Below, in pieces: positions 10,326 through 21,940 of a stretch of DNA of 45,733 nucleotides. A model generated the notes under the pieces. It made no database searches. It was not told where the DNA came from and saw only the letters and a program-made list of their open reading frames with translations. A program made the position numbers and the translations under genes. Every line of letters begins with the position of its first letter. Position 1 is the first letter of the stretch. Location of the stretch: sequence record DRR378314_2033. One strand, written 5' to 3'.

Positions 10326-11732
10326 TCAAGAGTTAATCGTCCGACCATCAACTGCCAGTGCCGCTTCTTTCACAGATTCGTTCAGTGTTGGATGCGCATG
10401 ACAGGTTCTGGCGATATCCTCAGACGATGCGCCGAATTCCATGGCCAGAACACATTCATGAATAACAGTTCCGGCGTCGGGGCCCACAATGTGCACACCC
10501 AGAACCTTGTCTGTTTTCTTATCTGCCAGGATTTTGGTAAAGCCATCGGTGGTCCCAACTGCACGGGCCCGACTATTGGCCATAAATGGCACTTTACCAA
10601 CCTTATAATCCACACCTTCTTCTTTCAGTTGCTCCTCTGTTTTGCCAACAGTCGCAACTTCGGGATGGGTATAAATGACACCCGGGATCAGGTTGTAGTC
10701 GATATGCGGCTTTTGGCCGTCCATCATTTCAACACAAACCACGCCTTCATCTTCAGCTTTATGGGCAAGCATCGGTCCGGCGATCACATCACCAACGGCA
10801 TAAACGCCTTCCACATTGGTTTTAAACTGACCATCAACCTGAATGCGGCCCGCTTTGTCCATTTCAACGCCCAGATCCTCAAGACCCAGTCCTTCTGTAT
10901 AAGGGCGCCGACCGATGGCAACAAGAACAACATCGGCTTTCAATGTTTCCTCATCTCCACCTTTGGCGGGTTCCATGGTCAAAGTAACAGCGGATTTCGT
11001 TTTCTTGGCACCGGTTACCTTGGTTCCCAGTTTAAACGCAATACCCTGTTTTTTCAGAATACGTTGTGTGTTCTTGGCCACTTCATTATCGGTTCCCGGC
11101 AAAATTCGATCCAGGAATTCAACAACCGTCACTTCAGCCCCAAGACGGCGCCAAACAGTTCCAAGCTCCAGTCCAATAACACCTGCACCAATTACAACCA
11201 TCTTCTTCGGCACTTTTTGCAACTCAAGTGCACCAGTTGAAGACACAATCTGTTTCTCATCAATATCGACATTTGGCAATGGCATCACATCGGAGCCTGT
11301 TGCGATGAGGATTTTGGATCCTTTAATGGTTTTGTTGTCTTCGCCTGTAATTTCGACGCGACCACCGCCTTGAAGTTCACCAGCTCCTTTGAAGTAGCTG
11401 ATTTTGTTTTTCTTTAACAGAAACTCAATGCCCTGGGTCAATCCCGTAACCGCTGTATCTTTTTGGCCCAGCATTTTTCCCAGATCCAGTTTTACAGACC
11501 CAAGCTGAATGCCGCGATCGGCAAAATCATGCTGTGCTTCTTCGAACAGTTCTGATGATTTCAGCAGAGCTTTAGAGGGAATACAGCCAACGTTCAGACA
11601 TGTACCACCAAGAGCACCCCGTTTTTCGACACAAGCTGTTTTCATGCCGAGCTGGGCCGCCCGAATTGCGGCCGTATATCCGCCGGGACCACCCCCAACG
11701 ACAATCAAATCAAACGTATCTTCACTCATCAT
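10326..11732 (-). CDS. lpdA: Dihydrolipoamide dehydrogenase (E3)
   Basis: GGGPGG FAD motif, GGTCLNVGCIPSK redox disulfide and HAHPTLNE; follows sucB. Confidence 0.97.
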   Translation of the reverse strand: MMSEDTFDLIVVGGGPGGYTAAIRAAQLGMKTACVEKRGALGGTCLNVGCIPSKALLKSSELFEEAQHDFADRGIQLGSVKLDLGKMLGQKDTAVTGLTQGIEFLLKKNKISYFKGAGELQGGGRVEITGEDNKTIKGSKILIATGSDVMPLPNVDIDEKQIVSSTGALELQKVPKKMVVIGAGVIGLELGTVWRRLGAEVTVVEFLDRILPGTDNEVAKNTQRILKKQGIAFKLGTKVTGAKKTKSAVTLTMEPAKGGDEETLKADVVLVAIGRRPYTEGLGLEDLGVEMDKAGRIQVDGQFKTNVEGVYAVGDVIAGPMLAHKAEDEGVVCVEMMDGQKPHIDYNLIPGVIYTHPEVATVGKTEEQLKEEGVDYKVGKVPFMANSRARAVGTTDGFTKILADKKTDKVLGVHIVGPDAGTVIHECVLAMEFGASSEDIARTCHAHPTLNESVKEAALAVDGRTINS

Positions 11733-11761
11733 TTTCCCTTTCAGGGGGACAGTCGTAGCAA

Positions 11762-13051
11762 TTAAACTTCAAGCAGCAGGCGCTGTGGATCTTCCAAGGC
11801 CTCTTTCAACCGAACCAGGAAGGTCACGGCTTCTTTGCCATCGATGATCCGATGATCATAGGAAAGAGCCAGGTACATCATTGGACGAATCTTGATCTCC
11901 CCATCCACAACCATTGGCCGTTCCTGGATTTTATGCATTCCCAGTACTGCAGATTGCGGTGCATTCAAAATAGGTGAAGACATGAGAGAGCCATACACAC
12001 CACCATTTGAAATGGTAAATGTTCCGCCCTGCATATCGTCCATGGAAAGCTTGCCATCACGGGCCTTACGGCCAAGCTCAGCAATTCCTTTTTCGATACC
12101 TGCAAAACTCAGTTGATCAGCATCCCGCAGAACCGGAACCACCAAACCGTTCGGCGTGCCAACAGCAACACCGATATGGTAGTAATTCTTGTAGATAATA
12201 TGGTCGTCTTCAATCTCTGCGTTCACCGCAGGTAATTCCTGCAAGGCCGCAATACAGGCTTTACTGAAGAAAGACATGAACCCAAGGCGGGCACCGTGTT
12301 TCTTCTCAAAAACCTCTTTATATTCAGCACGAAGCGCCAGCATGTTTGTCAGATCAACCTCATTATAGGTTGTCAACATGGCTGCTGTGTTCTGAGCGTC
12401 TTTCAGGCGGGTTGCAATACTCTTGCGAAGCCGGGACATCTTGACCCGCTCTTCCCGATCGGCTTCCGGACGTGGACCCGTTGGCGCAGACTTAGAAGGC
12501 GCTGCTGCCGGGGCAGTCGATGGCGATGCCGCAGGAGCGTCAGGTGACGCGCCGCCGTTATCCAAAGCTTCCAGGACATCACCCTTGGTGATCCGGCCAT
12601 CTTTGCCGGTTCCGCGCAACTTGGAGACGTCCAGGTTCTTCTCATCGATCAGTTTTTGCGCCGCTGGCAGCACTTCAACCGGACCTGTATTTTCTTTGGC
12701 TGCCGGCGCTGCTGCTGGTTCGGGTGCAGCTTCTGCTTTTGGAGCCGGAGCAGGTTCAGCCGCTTTCGGGGCTTCTTCCTTTGCCTTAGCTGGCGCAGAG
12801 GCGGCGCCTGATGCACCCGCTGCAATATGGCCAAGAAGGGCACCGACTTCGACGTCTTCACCCTCATCTACCACAATATCTTCAAGCCGTCCGGATTCTG
12901 CTGCATTGACTTCCAGCGTCACTTTGTCTGTTTCCAGCTCCAGTAGTGGCTCATCTTTTTCAACTGCATCGCCTGCTTTCTTGAACCAGGTACCGACAGT
13001 TGCTTCCGTAACAGATTCCCCGAGGACAGGCACACGAATTTCGACAGTCAT
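11762..13051 (-). CDS. sucB: 2-oxoglutarate dehydrogenase E2 (dihydrolipoamide succinyltransferase)
   Basis: Lipoyl ETDKV, E3-binding [13 protein letters not shown], catalytic YDHRIIDG and Ala/Pro-rich linkers. Confidence 0.97.
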   Translation of the reverse strand: MTVEIRVPVLGESVTEATVGTWFKKAGDAVEKDEPLLELETDKVTLEVNAAESGRLEDIVVDEGEDVEVGALLGHIAAGASGAASAPAKAKEEAPKAAEPAPAPKAEAAPEPAAAPAAKENTGPVEVLPAAQKLIDEKNLDVSKLRGTGKDGRITKGDVLEALDNGGASPDAPAASPSTAPAAAPSKSAPTGPRPEADREERVKMSRLRKSIATRLKDAQNTAAMLTTYNEVDLTNMLALRAEYKEVFEKKHGARLGFMSFFSKACIAALQELPAVNAEIEDDHIIYKNYYHIGVAVGTPNGLVVPVLRDADQLSFAGIEKGIAELGRKARDGKLSMDDMQGGTFTISNGGVYGSLMSSPILNAPQSAVLGMHKIQERPMVVDGEIKIRPMMYLALSYDHRIIDGKEAVTFLVRLKEALEDPQRLLLEV

Positions 13052-13062
13052 ATTACTTCTTC

Positions 13063-15954
13063 CTATTCGGATTTGATGCCGAGTGCATCATCAATTAAGG
13101 CTGCTTGCTGCAGGTTATGTTTTTTCAGCAAACCTGTAGCTGTTGCTGCAGATGCCGCACGACCTGCATACCGGGCGCGCGTCACCTTCTTCATACCAAC
13201 TTTCGCAAACGTATCCTCCAAAAGCGGATCCACGAAACTCCAGGCACCCATGTTTTTAGGCTCTTCCTGACACCAGACGATGTCTTCTACATGGGTAAAG
13301 GCTTTCAGCTCTTCAATAAGAGCTTCTTCCGGGAATGGATACAGTTGTTCCATACGTAGGAAATAGGTTTCCTTCTGATCCAGTTCGTCGCGGCGCGCTT
13401 TCAGGTCATAATAAACCTTACCGCTACACAGGACGATCCGTTTCACGTCTTTTGGTTTGCTCAGAACTTCATTGTCAAATAGAACCCTGTGAAAAGTCGA
13501 TCCTGGTCCCATATCCTCTAAAGTAGACACGGCTTCCTTATGACGCAGCAGGGATTTCGGTGTCATGACAATCAGCGGTTTCCGGAATTTCCGGTGAATC
13601 TGACGGCGCAGCGCATGGAAATAGTTGGCTGGTGTCGTACAGTTCACCACCTGCCAGTTATCTTCGGCACTGGATTGCAGGTACCGCTCCAAACGGGCGG
13701 ACGAATGCTCTGGACCCTGGCCTTCATAGCCGTGGGGCAGCAACATAACCAGTCCGCTCATCCGCAGCCATTTGGCTTCACCGCTTGAGATAAACTGGTC
13801 GATAATTACCTGTGCACCATTGGCAAAATCACCAAACTGAGCTTCCCAGAGAACCAGCGTTTTAGGTTCAGCCAGAGAATATCCGTATTCATAACCCAAC
13901 ACCGCTGCTTCTGACAGCATACTGTCAATCACTTCGTAATGAGCCTGATCCTCAGAGAGATTGTTCAGCGGCAAATACCGCTCTTCTGTGAGCTGATCGA
14001 CGATTACGGAATGTCTTTGGGAGAAAGTTCCCCGGCCACTATCCTGACCGGACAGACGAACCGGATACTGCTCTTTCAACAAACTTCCAAATGCAAGAGC
14101 TTCAGCCGTTGCCCAGTCAATCCCCTGGCCGGATTCGATCATCTTACGTTTATTTTTCAATACCCGTTGCAGGGTGCGGTGCACATTGTGATCTTCAGGA
14201 ACATCACATAGCTTGAAACCGATATCCCGAAGATTATCAACATCAACTGCAGTTGATCCCCGGCGAGCCCCTTGATCTGCTCGCTCAAAACCCTGCCAGC
14301 GGCCTTCAAACCAGTCCGCCTTGTTGGGCTTAAAGCTGTTTGCAGTCTCAAACTGCTTTTCGAGATAATCTTTAAATTCCTTCAGCCATGTTTCAACCTG
14401 CTGCTCTGTCACGATTCCTTCGCTGATCAGCTTCTTGGCATAGATCTGCATGGTCGTTGGATGCTGAGCAATGGTCCGATACATTAGTGGCTGAGTAAAC
14501 GCAGGCTCATCGCCTTCGTTATGGCCGTGTCTGCGATAGCAGAACATATCAATGACAACATCGATCTGGAACTTCTGACGGAATTCGGTCGCGATTTTAG
14601 CCACATGACATACCGCTTCTGGATCATCCCCGTTCACGTGGAAAATCGGGGCTTGGACCATTTTACCCACATCCGATGGATAGGGGCTTGAGCGGGAATA
14701 TTTAGGGCTCGTCGTAAAACCGATCTGGTTGTTCACGACAAAATGAATGGTTCCAGATGTCCGGTAACCTTTCAGTTCGGAAAGACCAAAACATTCAGCA
14801 ACGATCCCCTGACCGGCAAAAGCGGCATCGCCGTGCAGAAGAAGCGGCATAACCTGTCCGCCCACATTACTGCCAATTTGCGATTGTTTTGCCCGGGCCT
14901 TACCTAAAACAACCGGGTTCACCGCTTCCAGATGGGATGGGTTGGCCGTCAGGGACAAATGCACATTGTTCCCGTCGAACTCCCGATCAGACGAGGTTCC
15001 CAAATGATATTTCACATCACCGGAGCCTTCAACATCTTCAGGATTGGCGGGGTTTCCCTGAAATTCAGAGAAAACGGCCCGAAACGGTTTAGCCATCACA
15101 TTGGTCAGGATGTTCAGACGCCCGCGATGAGGCATTCCAAGTACGATTTCTTTCACGCCGAGCTGACCGCCCCGCTTGATGACACCTTCCATAGCCGGAA
15201 TTAGAGATTCACCACCGTCAAGACCAAACCGTTTGGTGCCGGTATACTTAACGTTTAGAAACTGCTCAAACCCTTCGGTTTCGATCAGCTTGCGTAAAAT
15301 TGCCACTTTACCTTCGCTGGTAAAGCTAACTTCCTTGTGCTCGCCTTCAATGCGCTCCTGGATCCAGGATTTTTGATCTGGCTCCTGAATATGCATGAAT
15401 TCAACGCCAATGCTGCCACAATAGGTCCGCTGAACAATCTGCAGGATTTCCCGAATAGAGGCACTTTCCAGCCCTAACACATTATCAATAAAGATTTCCC
15501 GGTCCCAGTCATCCTCGTCGAAGCCATAGCTTTTCGGGTCCAGTTCCGGGTGCTCCTGAGGAATTTCCATTCCTAAGGGATCCAGCGTGGCCTTCAAATG
15601 ACCGCGAACACGGTAAGACCGGATCAGCATGAGCGCGCGAATTGTATCGACAGCAGCAGCCCTGATATCCTGTTGCGGAAGACCTTTACTCTCTGCCTTT
15701 TCGATCGCCCGGTAAGCTGCATCTCCCAGGATGCCATATTCATCCTCGGGTGCAATTCCATTGACCGGTGTCCATGTCGCGCCCTTGCTGACGTTGACGA
15801 TGGTTTCTGCGTCGTCACCTAATGTTTGGAAATATTGCTGCCAGCTGATATCGACAGAGGAAGGATCATTCTGGTAGCGAAGATAGAGCTCTTCGATGAA
15901 GCCGGCATTAGTACCGGTCAGGAAAGAAGAAGAATTGTCCAATTGTTGAGCCAT
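13063..15954 (-). CDS. sucA: 2-oxoglutarate dehydrogenase E1
   Basis: [20 protein letters not shown] motif [10 protein letters not shown] and [16 protein letters not shown]. Confidence 0.98.
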   Translation of the reverse strand: MAQQLDNSSSFLTGTNAGFIEELYLRYQNDPSSVDISWQQYFQTLGDDAETIVNVSKGATWTPVNGIAPEDEYGILGDAAYRAIEKAESKGLPQQDIRAAAVDTIRALMLIRSYRVRGHLKATLDPLGMEIPQEHPELDPKSYGFDEDDWDREIFIDNVLGLESASIREILQIVQRTYCGSIGVEFMHIQEPDQKSWIQERIEGEHKEVSFTSEGKVAILRKLIETEGFEQFLNVKYTGTKRFGLDGGESLIPAMEGVIKRGGQLGVKEIVLGMPHRGRLNILTNVMAKPFRAVFSEFQGNPANPEDVEGSGDVKYHLGTSSDREFDGNNVHLSLTANPSHLEAVNPVVLGKARAKQSQIGSNVGGQVMPLLLHGDAAFAGQGIVAECFGLSELKGYRTSGTIHFVVNNQIGFTTSPKYSRSSPYPSDVGKMVQAPIFHVNGDDPEAVCHVAKIATEFRQKFQIDVVIDMFCYRRHGHNEGDEPAFTQPLMYRTIAQHPTTMQIYAKKLISEGIVTEQQVETWLKEFKDYLEKQFETANSFKPNKADWFEGRWQGFERADQGARRGSTAVDVDNLRDIGFKLCDVPEDHNVHRTLQRVLKNKRKMIESGQGIDWATAEALAFGSLLKEQYPVRLSGQDSGRGTFSQRHSVIVDQLTEERYLPLNNLSEDQAHYEVIDSMLSEAAVLGYEYGYSLAEPKTLVLWEAQFGDFANGAQVIIDQFISSGEAKWLRMSGLVMLLPHGYEGQGPEHSSARLERYLQSSAEDNWQVVNCTTPANYFHALRRQIHRKFRKPLIVMTPKSLLRHKEAVSTLEDMGPGSTFHRVLFDNEVLSKPKDVKRIVLCSGKVYYDLKARRDELDQKETYFLRMEQLYPFPEEALIEELKAFTHVEDIVWCQEEPKNMGAWSFVDPLLEDTFAKVGMKKVTRARYAGRAASAATATGLLKKHNLQQAALIDDALGIKSE

Positions 15955-15966
15955 TTTCGGTCATTT

Positions 15967-15987
15967 GGGCGGACATTACGTCCGCCC
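15967..15987 (-). other. GC-rich stem-loop in the sucD-sucA intergenic region
   Basis: GGGCGGAC-5 nt-GTCCGCCC perfect 8-bp stem with no U tract, 12 nt before the sucA ATG. Confidence 0.6.
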
Positions 15988-16031
15988 CCTTAAGTAATAA
16001 AACAGTTCTGATTTCTAAGAGTAGTACAATA

Positions 16032-16907
16032 CTACCCTTTCAAAACTCTTACCAAAGTTGAACCAAGTGCAGAAGGACTGTCAGAGACAGTAATTCCAGC
16101 ACCCCGCATTGCTTCCATTTTATCTTCAGCGCCACCTTTGCCGCCGGAAATAATCGCACCCGCGTGTCCCATGCGGCGTCCCGGAGGCGCCGTCACACCG
16201 GCAATAAAGCCAACGACAGGTTTCTTGATTTTAGACGCTTTCAAAAACTCGGCAGCTTCTTCTTCAGCGGAACCGCCAATTTCACCGATCATGATGATGG
16301 ATTCTGTTTCATCATCTTTCAGGAACATGTCCAGACAATCAATGAAGTTGGTTCCATTGACCGGATCACCACCAATACCGATACAGGTGGACTGGCCAAG
16401 GCCTGCCGCACTTGTTTGAGCAACCGCTTCGTAGGTCAATGTTCCGGACCGGGACACAATACCGACATTACCGCGGCGATGAATGTGACCTGGCATGATG
16501 CCGATCTTGCACTCATCCGGCGTAATCACACCCGGACAGTTTGGACCGATCAGACGGGTCCCGCTGTTTTTCAAGGCCCGCTTCACGCGAACCATATCCA
16601 GAACCGGGATACCTTCTGTAATACAGACAACCAGCTCAATACCGGCATCAACAGCTTCCAAAATGGCGTCACCAGCAAATGGCGGCGGCACGTAAATCAC
16701 GGAAGCATTAGCACCTGTTGTATGAACGGCTTCATCAACTGTGTTAAAAATTGGCAAATCCAGATGGCTTTCACCACCCTTACCAGGTGTCACGCCACCA
16801 ACCATTTTGGTGCCATAAGCAATTGCCTGTTCAGAGTGAAAGGTTCCTTGAGAGCCAGTAAAGCCCTGACAAATGACCTTTGTCTCTTTATTAACGAGTA
16901 CGGCCAT
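16032..16907 (-). CDS. sucD: Succinyl-CoA synthetase subunit alpha
   Basis: [18 protein letters not shown] and phospho-His motif [10 protein letters not shown]. Confidence 0.98.
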   Translation of the reverse strand: MAVLVNKETKVICQGFTGSQGTFHSEQAIAYGTKMVGGVTPGKGGESHLDLPIFNTVDEAVHTTGANASVIYVPPPFAGDAILEAVDAGIELVVCITEGIPVLDMVRVKRALKNSGTRLIGPNCPGVITPDECKIGIMPGHIHRRGNVGIVSRSGTLTYEAVAQTSAAGLGQSTCIGIGGDPVNGTNFIDCLDMFLKDDETESIIMIGEIGGSAEEEAAEFLKASKIKKPVVGFIAGVTAPPGRRMGHAGAIISGGKGGAEDKMEAMRGAGITVSDSPSALGSTLVRVLKG

Positions 16908-18076
16908 TATGATGCCTCCTTCACTTCTTTTACGATTTTTTCTGCTGCATCTCCAAGATCATCGGCAGATACAATCGGCAGACCAGATTCAGCAAGAATT
17001 TTCTTACCCAAATCCACATTCGTTCCTTCAAGACGAACAACCAGCGGAACGCTCAGTGCCACTTCCTTGGCTGCCGCCACAACACCCTCTGCAATCACAT
17101 CGCAGCGCATGATGCCGCCAAAGATATTCACCAAAATACCTTCAACATTTTTATCTTTCAGAATAATCTTAAAAGCTTCGGTGACCTTTTCTTTGGTCGC
17201 CCCACCGCCAACATCCAGGAAGTTGGCAGGCTCACCACCGTTCAGCTTGATGATGTCCATTGTTGCCATTGCAAGACCAGCACCGTTCACCATACAGCCG
17301 ATGTTACCATCCAGCTTAATGTAGTTAAGGTCATACTGGGCTGCTTCCAGTTCAGCAGGATCTTCTTCATCAGGATCCCGAAGTTCGGCAATGTCTTTTT
17401 GACGGAACAAAGCGTTATCATCGAAGTTCATCTTTGCATCCAGCGCAATTACGTCACCGGAGCCGGTTACCACAAGCGGGTTAATCTCAACCAGGCTGGC
17501 ATCCGTATCAACGATGGAGTTATAAAGCGCCATGATGAATTTAACGGCCGCACCGACCTGCTTACCTTCAAGGCCCAATGCAAAAGCAATTTTACGGGCA
17601 TGAAAAGCGCTAATACCTGTCGCAGGGTCAATGCTGACCATGTGGATTTTTTCAGGTGTCTTGGCCGCAACCTCCTCAACTTCCATTCCCCCTTCGGTGG
17701 AGGCCATGAAAGTGACGCAGTCTTTTGCCCGATCAATAATCGCACCGAGATACAATTCCCGGGCAATATCGCAACCGTCTTCAACATAAACACGCTTGAC
17801 TTCTTTACCTTCAGGACCCGTCTGATGCGTAACCAGCTGCATACCAATCATGGATTTTGCAGTTTCCGCAACCTCCTCAATTGACTTTACAACTTTCACA
17901 CCACCACCTAAGCCACGTCCTCCGGCATGGATTTGTGCTTTGACAACCCAGACAGGACCGCCAAGCTCTTTGGCAACTGTCTTGGCTTCTTCAGCCGTAT
18001 AGGCAACACCGCCACGAGGCACTGTAACGCCGTATTTTCCGAGTAGGCCTTTGGCCTGATATTCATGGATATTCAT
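16907..18076 (-). CDS. sucC: Succinyl-CoA synthetase subunit beta
   Basis: [30 protein letters not shown] and [10 protein letters not shown]. Confidence 0.98.
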   Translation of the reverse strand: MNIHEYQAKGLLGKYGVTVPRGGVAYTAEEAKTVAKELGGPVWVVKAQIHAGGRGLGGGVKVVKSIEEVAETAKSMIGMQLVTHQTGPEGKEVKRVYVEDGCDIARELYLGAIIDRAKDCVTFMASTEGGMEVEEVAAKTPEKIHMVSIDPATGISAFHARKIAFALGLEGKQVGAAVKFIMALYNSIVDTDASLVEINPLVVTGSGDVIALDAKMNFDDNALFRQKDIAELRDPDEEDPAELEAAQYDLNYIKLDGNIGCMVNGAGLAMATMDIIKLNGGEPANFLDVGGGATKEKVTEAFKIILKDKNVEGILVNIFGGIMRCDVIAEGVVAAAKEVALSVPLVVRLEGTNVDLGKKILAESGLPIVSADDLGDAAEKIVKEVKEAS

Positions 18077-18138
18077 AATATTCCGCTATTCGCTAGTTGG
18101 GATCAGCTACAAGCTGGTCGGATTATCATTTCAAGTCG

Positions 18139-18166
18139 ACTATAACACCCAAAAAAAGGGGCACAA
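18139..18166 (-). promoter_or_regulatory. Putative internal promoter for sucCDAB, overlapping the mdh terminator
   Basis: Minus strand TTGTGC-16 nt-TATAGT with an extended -10 (TGtTATAGT). Confidence 0.45.
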
Positions 18167-18184
18167 CCGCTAAGTTGTGCCCCT
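18151..18184 (-). terminator. Intrinsic terminator after mdh
   Basis: AGGGGCACAAC/GTTGTGCCCCT 11-bp stem with a 6-nt loop, then a U-rich tract on the minus strand. Confidence 0.8.
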
Positions 18185-18191
18185 CTTTTGG

Positions 18192-19172
<981 letters not shown>

Positions 19173-19224
19173 TTAAAGGGATTTCTTCCTTGAAGTGCTT
19201 CCCATAAAAGAATTCTAGGGTTGG

Positions 19225-19253
19225 GTACTAACGCTTTTCTTGAAAGAGAGCAA
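19225..19253 (-). promoter_or_regulatory. Putative sigma70 promoter of mdh
   Basis: Minus strand TTGCTC-17 nt-TAGTAC, about 70 nt upstream of the mdh ATG. Confidence 0.4.
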
Positions 19254-19458
19254 GATCACCCGCCCAAAAAGCGGTTATTTTTTTGATGGCTTCGTGGTGT
19301 TTTCGACGACACAACATCACTCCTGCTTGCAGACTTGGGAAAAGCACTTGTTTTTAAGGCTTTTTCCTAAAATTGAACCTTTGAAGTAAGCAGTTAGTAA
19401 GAATTCCCTGTTACATCAATAGCAAGCCCCGCTTTTTTTTAGAGACTAAGACTGGACG

Positions 19459-20043
19459 ATGAAGAGAAAACTGAAAAAGCGAATCATTCGAAATGTTGCA
19501 ATTTGCGGCATCCTCAGCATGACCCTTACCGGCTGTGTGGAGACTATTTTTGCGGGCTTAACGATTGCCGATCTCTTAACGGCGGGTTCAATTACATCTT
19601 CAATCCTGACAGGCAAAGGTCTCGGTGAGCACGCGCTTGACGCTGTTACGGGGCAGGATTGCCGAATTCTGGAGGCCGTTTTCCGGGAAAACAGAGCTGT
19701 TTGCGAGCCCAAAGAGTCTGTTGCGACAAAAGACGATTTCAAAGGACTGGTTGGCCTATTGGATACGCCGGCGGGTCAAGACATCCAGCTTGCTGAGCTG
19801 CCAATGAACGAAGATCAATTTACAGTGATCAACTTAAACGCCCGAACAAAAGCTCCCAAACTCCTCAAAACCCTGAAACGAAATAATGTGGTCACGGTTG
19901 CTAATCGGGAACTGGTTGCAGATGTCCGCCATATGCAATTAGTACAGGCGACGAGCAGTTTCACAAAACCCTCTCCCGCTGAGCATGATGCAGTAGCCCC
20001 GACGGATTTGCGCAAACGACTGGTGTCTGGCGGTTTGTTCTAA
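19459..20043 (+). CDS. Uncharacterised predicted lipoprotein
   Basis: Basic N-region (KRKLKKR), hydrophobic H-region and lipobox LTG-C26. It fills the mdh-zapE gap. Confidence 0.75.
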   Translation: MKRKLKKRIIRNVAICGILSMTLTGCVETIFAGLTIADLLTAGSITSSILTGKGLGEHALDAVTGQDCRILEAVFRENRAVCEPKESVATKDDFKGLVGLLDTPAGQDIQLAELPMNEDQFTVINLNARTKAPKLLKTLKRNNVVTVANRELVADVRHMQLVQATSSFTKPSPAEHDAVAPTDLRKRLVSGGLF

Positions 20044-20096
20044 GTCACTTCCGCATTAAGCTTTACAAGATCCCCTATCCTTGCTTTAAGGCCTTT

Positions 20097-21224
20097 ATGA
20101 CATCTCTAGGCCCTCTCGAAAAATATCGCGAACTTCGCCAATCGAATTCGATCCAGCATGATCCTATTCAGAAACTTGCCGTGGAAAAACTGCAGACACT
20201 GCACCGCCGGCTACAGAGCTATAACCCGCAAACAAGTGCCCATTGGACCGATGTGTTTAAACTGGGCGCGCGAAAGCCGCGGCTAGAGCCCCCACAAGGG
20301 ATCTATATGTATGGGGATGTCGGCCGGGGCAAATCCATGCTCATGGATCTGTTTTTCGAAACTGCACCGGTTGAGCAGAAGAGACGGGTCCATTTCCATG
20401 CTTTCATGCTGGAAGTTCACGCCTTCATTCACCAATGGCGGCAAAGCAAAACCAAAAAAGGGGATGATCCACTAATTCCCCTTGCCGAAAAAATTGCTGA
20501 TGATGCGTGGCTTCTTTGCTTTGATGAATTTCAAGTCACGGATGTCGCCGATGCAATGCTATTGGGTCGCCTCTTTGAACTGCTGTTTGAAAAAGGTGTT
20601 GTCGTAATTGCAACATCTAACCGCATTCCCGATGATTTGTATAAGGACGGCCTGAACCGGGAGCTCTTTCTGCCTTTTATCGCTCTTATCAAGGAACAAC
20701 TGGACATTCTGCATTTGTCTGGCGGAACCGATTATCGCCTGGATCGCCTGTCAAAAAGCAATGTGTATTTCTATCCGCTGGATGACAAAGCGGACGCCAA
20801 TATGAACAACACGTTCGATTTGCTGACAGAAGGCAGCACCGCAGAGCCGGCAACCCTGACAACGCAAGGGCGTAAACTGGAAATTCATACCGCTGCCCGA
20901 GGTGTTGCGCGCTTTTCTTTTGAGGAACTTTGCGCCCGCCCGCTCGGTGCCTCCGATTATCTTCTGATTGCCGAACATTACCATTCTGTCTTGATGGACC
21001 ATGTTCCGCAACTGGGCCCACATAACCGAAATGAAGCCAAGCGTTTTGTCACTTTTGTCGATGTGCTGTATGAAGCGGGAACAAACCTGATCCTGTCCGC
21101 CGAAGTCGAAGCCACAAAGCTTTATGAAGCCGGCGATGGCCATTTCGAATTCGCCCGAACTGTCTCACGCCTGATGGAAATGCGATCCGAAGATTATCTG
21201 AAAGGGGCGATCGACACTCGCTGA
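20097..21224 (+). CDS. zapE: Cell division protein ZapE (AFG1-family ATPase)
   Basis: GIYMYGDVGRGKSMLMDLF, RVHFHAFM, LCFDEFQVTD, TSNR.P and RTVSRLMEM. Confidence 0.95.
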   Translation: MTSLGPLEKYRELRQSNSIQHDPIQKLAVEKLQTLHRRLQSYNPQTSAHWTDVFKLGARKPRLEPPQGIYMYGDVGRGKSMLMDLFFETAPVEQKRRVHFHAFMLEVHAFIHQWRQSKTKKGDDPLIPLAEKIADDAWLLCFDEFQVTDVADAMLLGRLFELLFEKGVVVIATSNRIPDDLYKDGLNRELFLPFIALIKEQLDILHLSGGTDYRLDRLSKSNVYFYPLDDKADANMNNTFDLLTEGSTAEPATLTTQGRKLEIHTAARGVARFSFEELCARPLGASDYLLIAEHYHSVLMDHVPQLGPHNRNEAKRFVTFVDVLYEAGTNLILSAEVEATKLYEAGDGHFEFARTVSRLMEMRSEDYLKGAIDTR

Positions 21225-21248
21225 CTTTGCTGAGCGTAAATCAGTTCC

Positions 21249-21851
21249 CTAGAGAATATCAGATTGCCAGGATTTCAAATCGGACCCTTGCAATGCAGAA
21301 GCCAGAGCCTGTTTATCTTCAGCTTTCTTATTTTGGCCAAGCTTGGCTTTCGCTTCCAATCGGTCAACCGGCAAACGAAAAGCGACGATAGCCTGCATCA
21401 TGGCGTTAAGCCGTTTCTGATCAAACCCTTCGACTGTCCATGGCTGGTCAGAATACTGCTCATTCTCATCCGTTAAGTCTTTAAGAATGGCATAGACATC
21501 GGCCTGATCGTCCAGAATTTCCGCATGTCCATAAGCATGAACCGCGACGTAATTCCAGGTCGGCACATTTACTTCCGTGGCATAAAAACGCGGCGATACA
21601 TACGCATGCGGGCCCTGAAATATAACAAGAGATGTTCGCTTCGAGAAAAACTTCCAGTGTGGATTGGCGCGCGCCACATGCCCGTAAATTGCACCACCCC
21701 CTCCTTCACTCTCGCGATAGAGCAACGGTAGATGGGTAGCAACCGGCAACCCGCCATCATCTGACGTGACCAAGGTGGCAAAACTGGCGCTTGGCAGGAT
21801 CTTTGATAACGTTTCCGGCGCCGGTGCTTCAAAATAAGGGGGTGTATACAT
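21249..21851 (-). CDS. FMN-binding negative transcriptional regulator (PaiB family, split barrel)
   Basis: MYTP..F, GHVARANP, FQGPHAYVSP, VPTWNYVAVH and KAKLGQNK. Confidence 0.88.
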   Translation of the reverse strand: MYTPPYFEAPAPETLSKILPSASFATLVTSDDGGLPVATHLPLLYRESEGGGGAIYGHVARANPHWKFFSKRTSLVIFQGPHAYVSPRFYATEVNVPTWNYVAVHAYGHAEILDDQADVYAILKDLTDENEQYSDQPWTVEGFDQKRLNAMMQAIVAFRLPVDRLEAKAKLGQNKKAEDKQALASALQGSDLKSWQSDIL

Positions 21852-21940
21852 GACATTCCTCGCTTCTCACAAAATGCCAATACGCAAAAATCTGCACCTG
21901 CAACAGCCCCAATTCTCAACCATCGATAGGGCCAATAGAG

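Noticed and set aside
12480..12830. Repetitive Ala/Pro-rich sequence in sucB
   Set aside because: These are the normal flexible linkers of E2 subunits, not a repeat element.
14630..14645. parS-like sequence CGTTCACGTGGAAAA
   Set aside because: It lies within sucA coding sequence (IFHVNG) and mismatches the GTTTCACGTGAAAC palindrome at several positions.
16164..17324. Long plus-strand ORF (386 aa) and similar antisense ORFs (e.g. 10392-11240, 12423-13076, 24785-25450, 32657-33337)
   Set aside because: They lie opposite conserved, codon-biased genes and have no recognisable motifs, so they are typical antisense shadow ORFs.
19386..19400. Possible CtrA box (GTAA-N7-GTAA) upstream of the lipoprotein gene
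   Set aside because: Both half-sites deviate from TTAA in an AT-rich region, which is too weak to call.
20062..20096. Leaderless promoter for zapE (TTTACA-17-TTTAAG)
   Set aside because: The -10 lacks the conserved second-position A, and co-transcription with the upstream lipoprotein gene is equally plausible.
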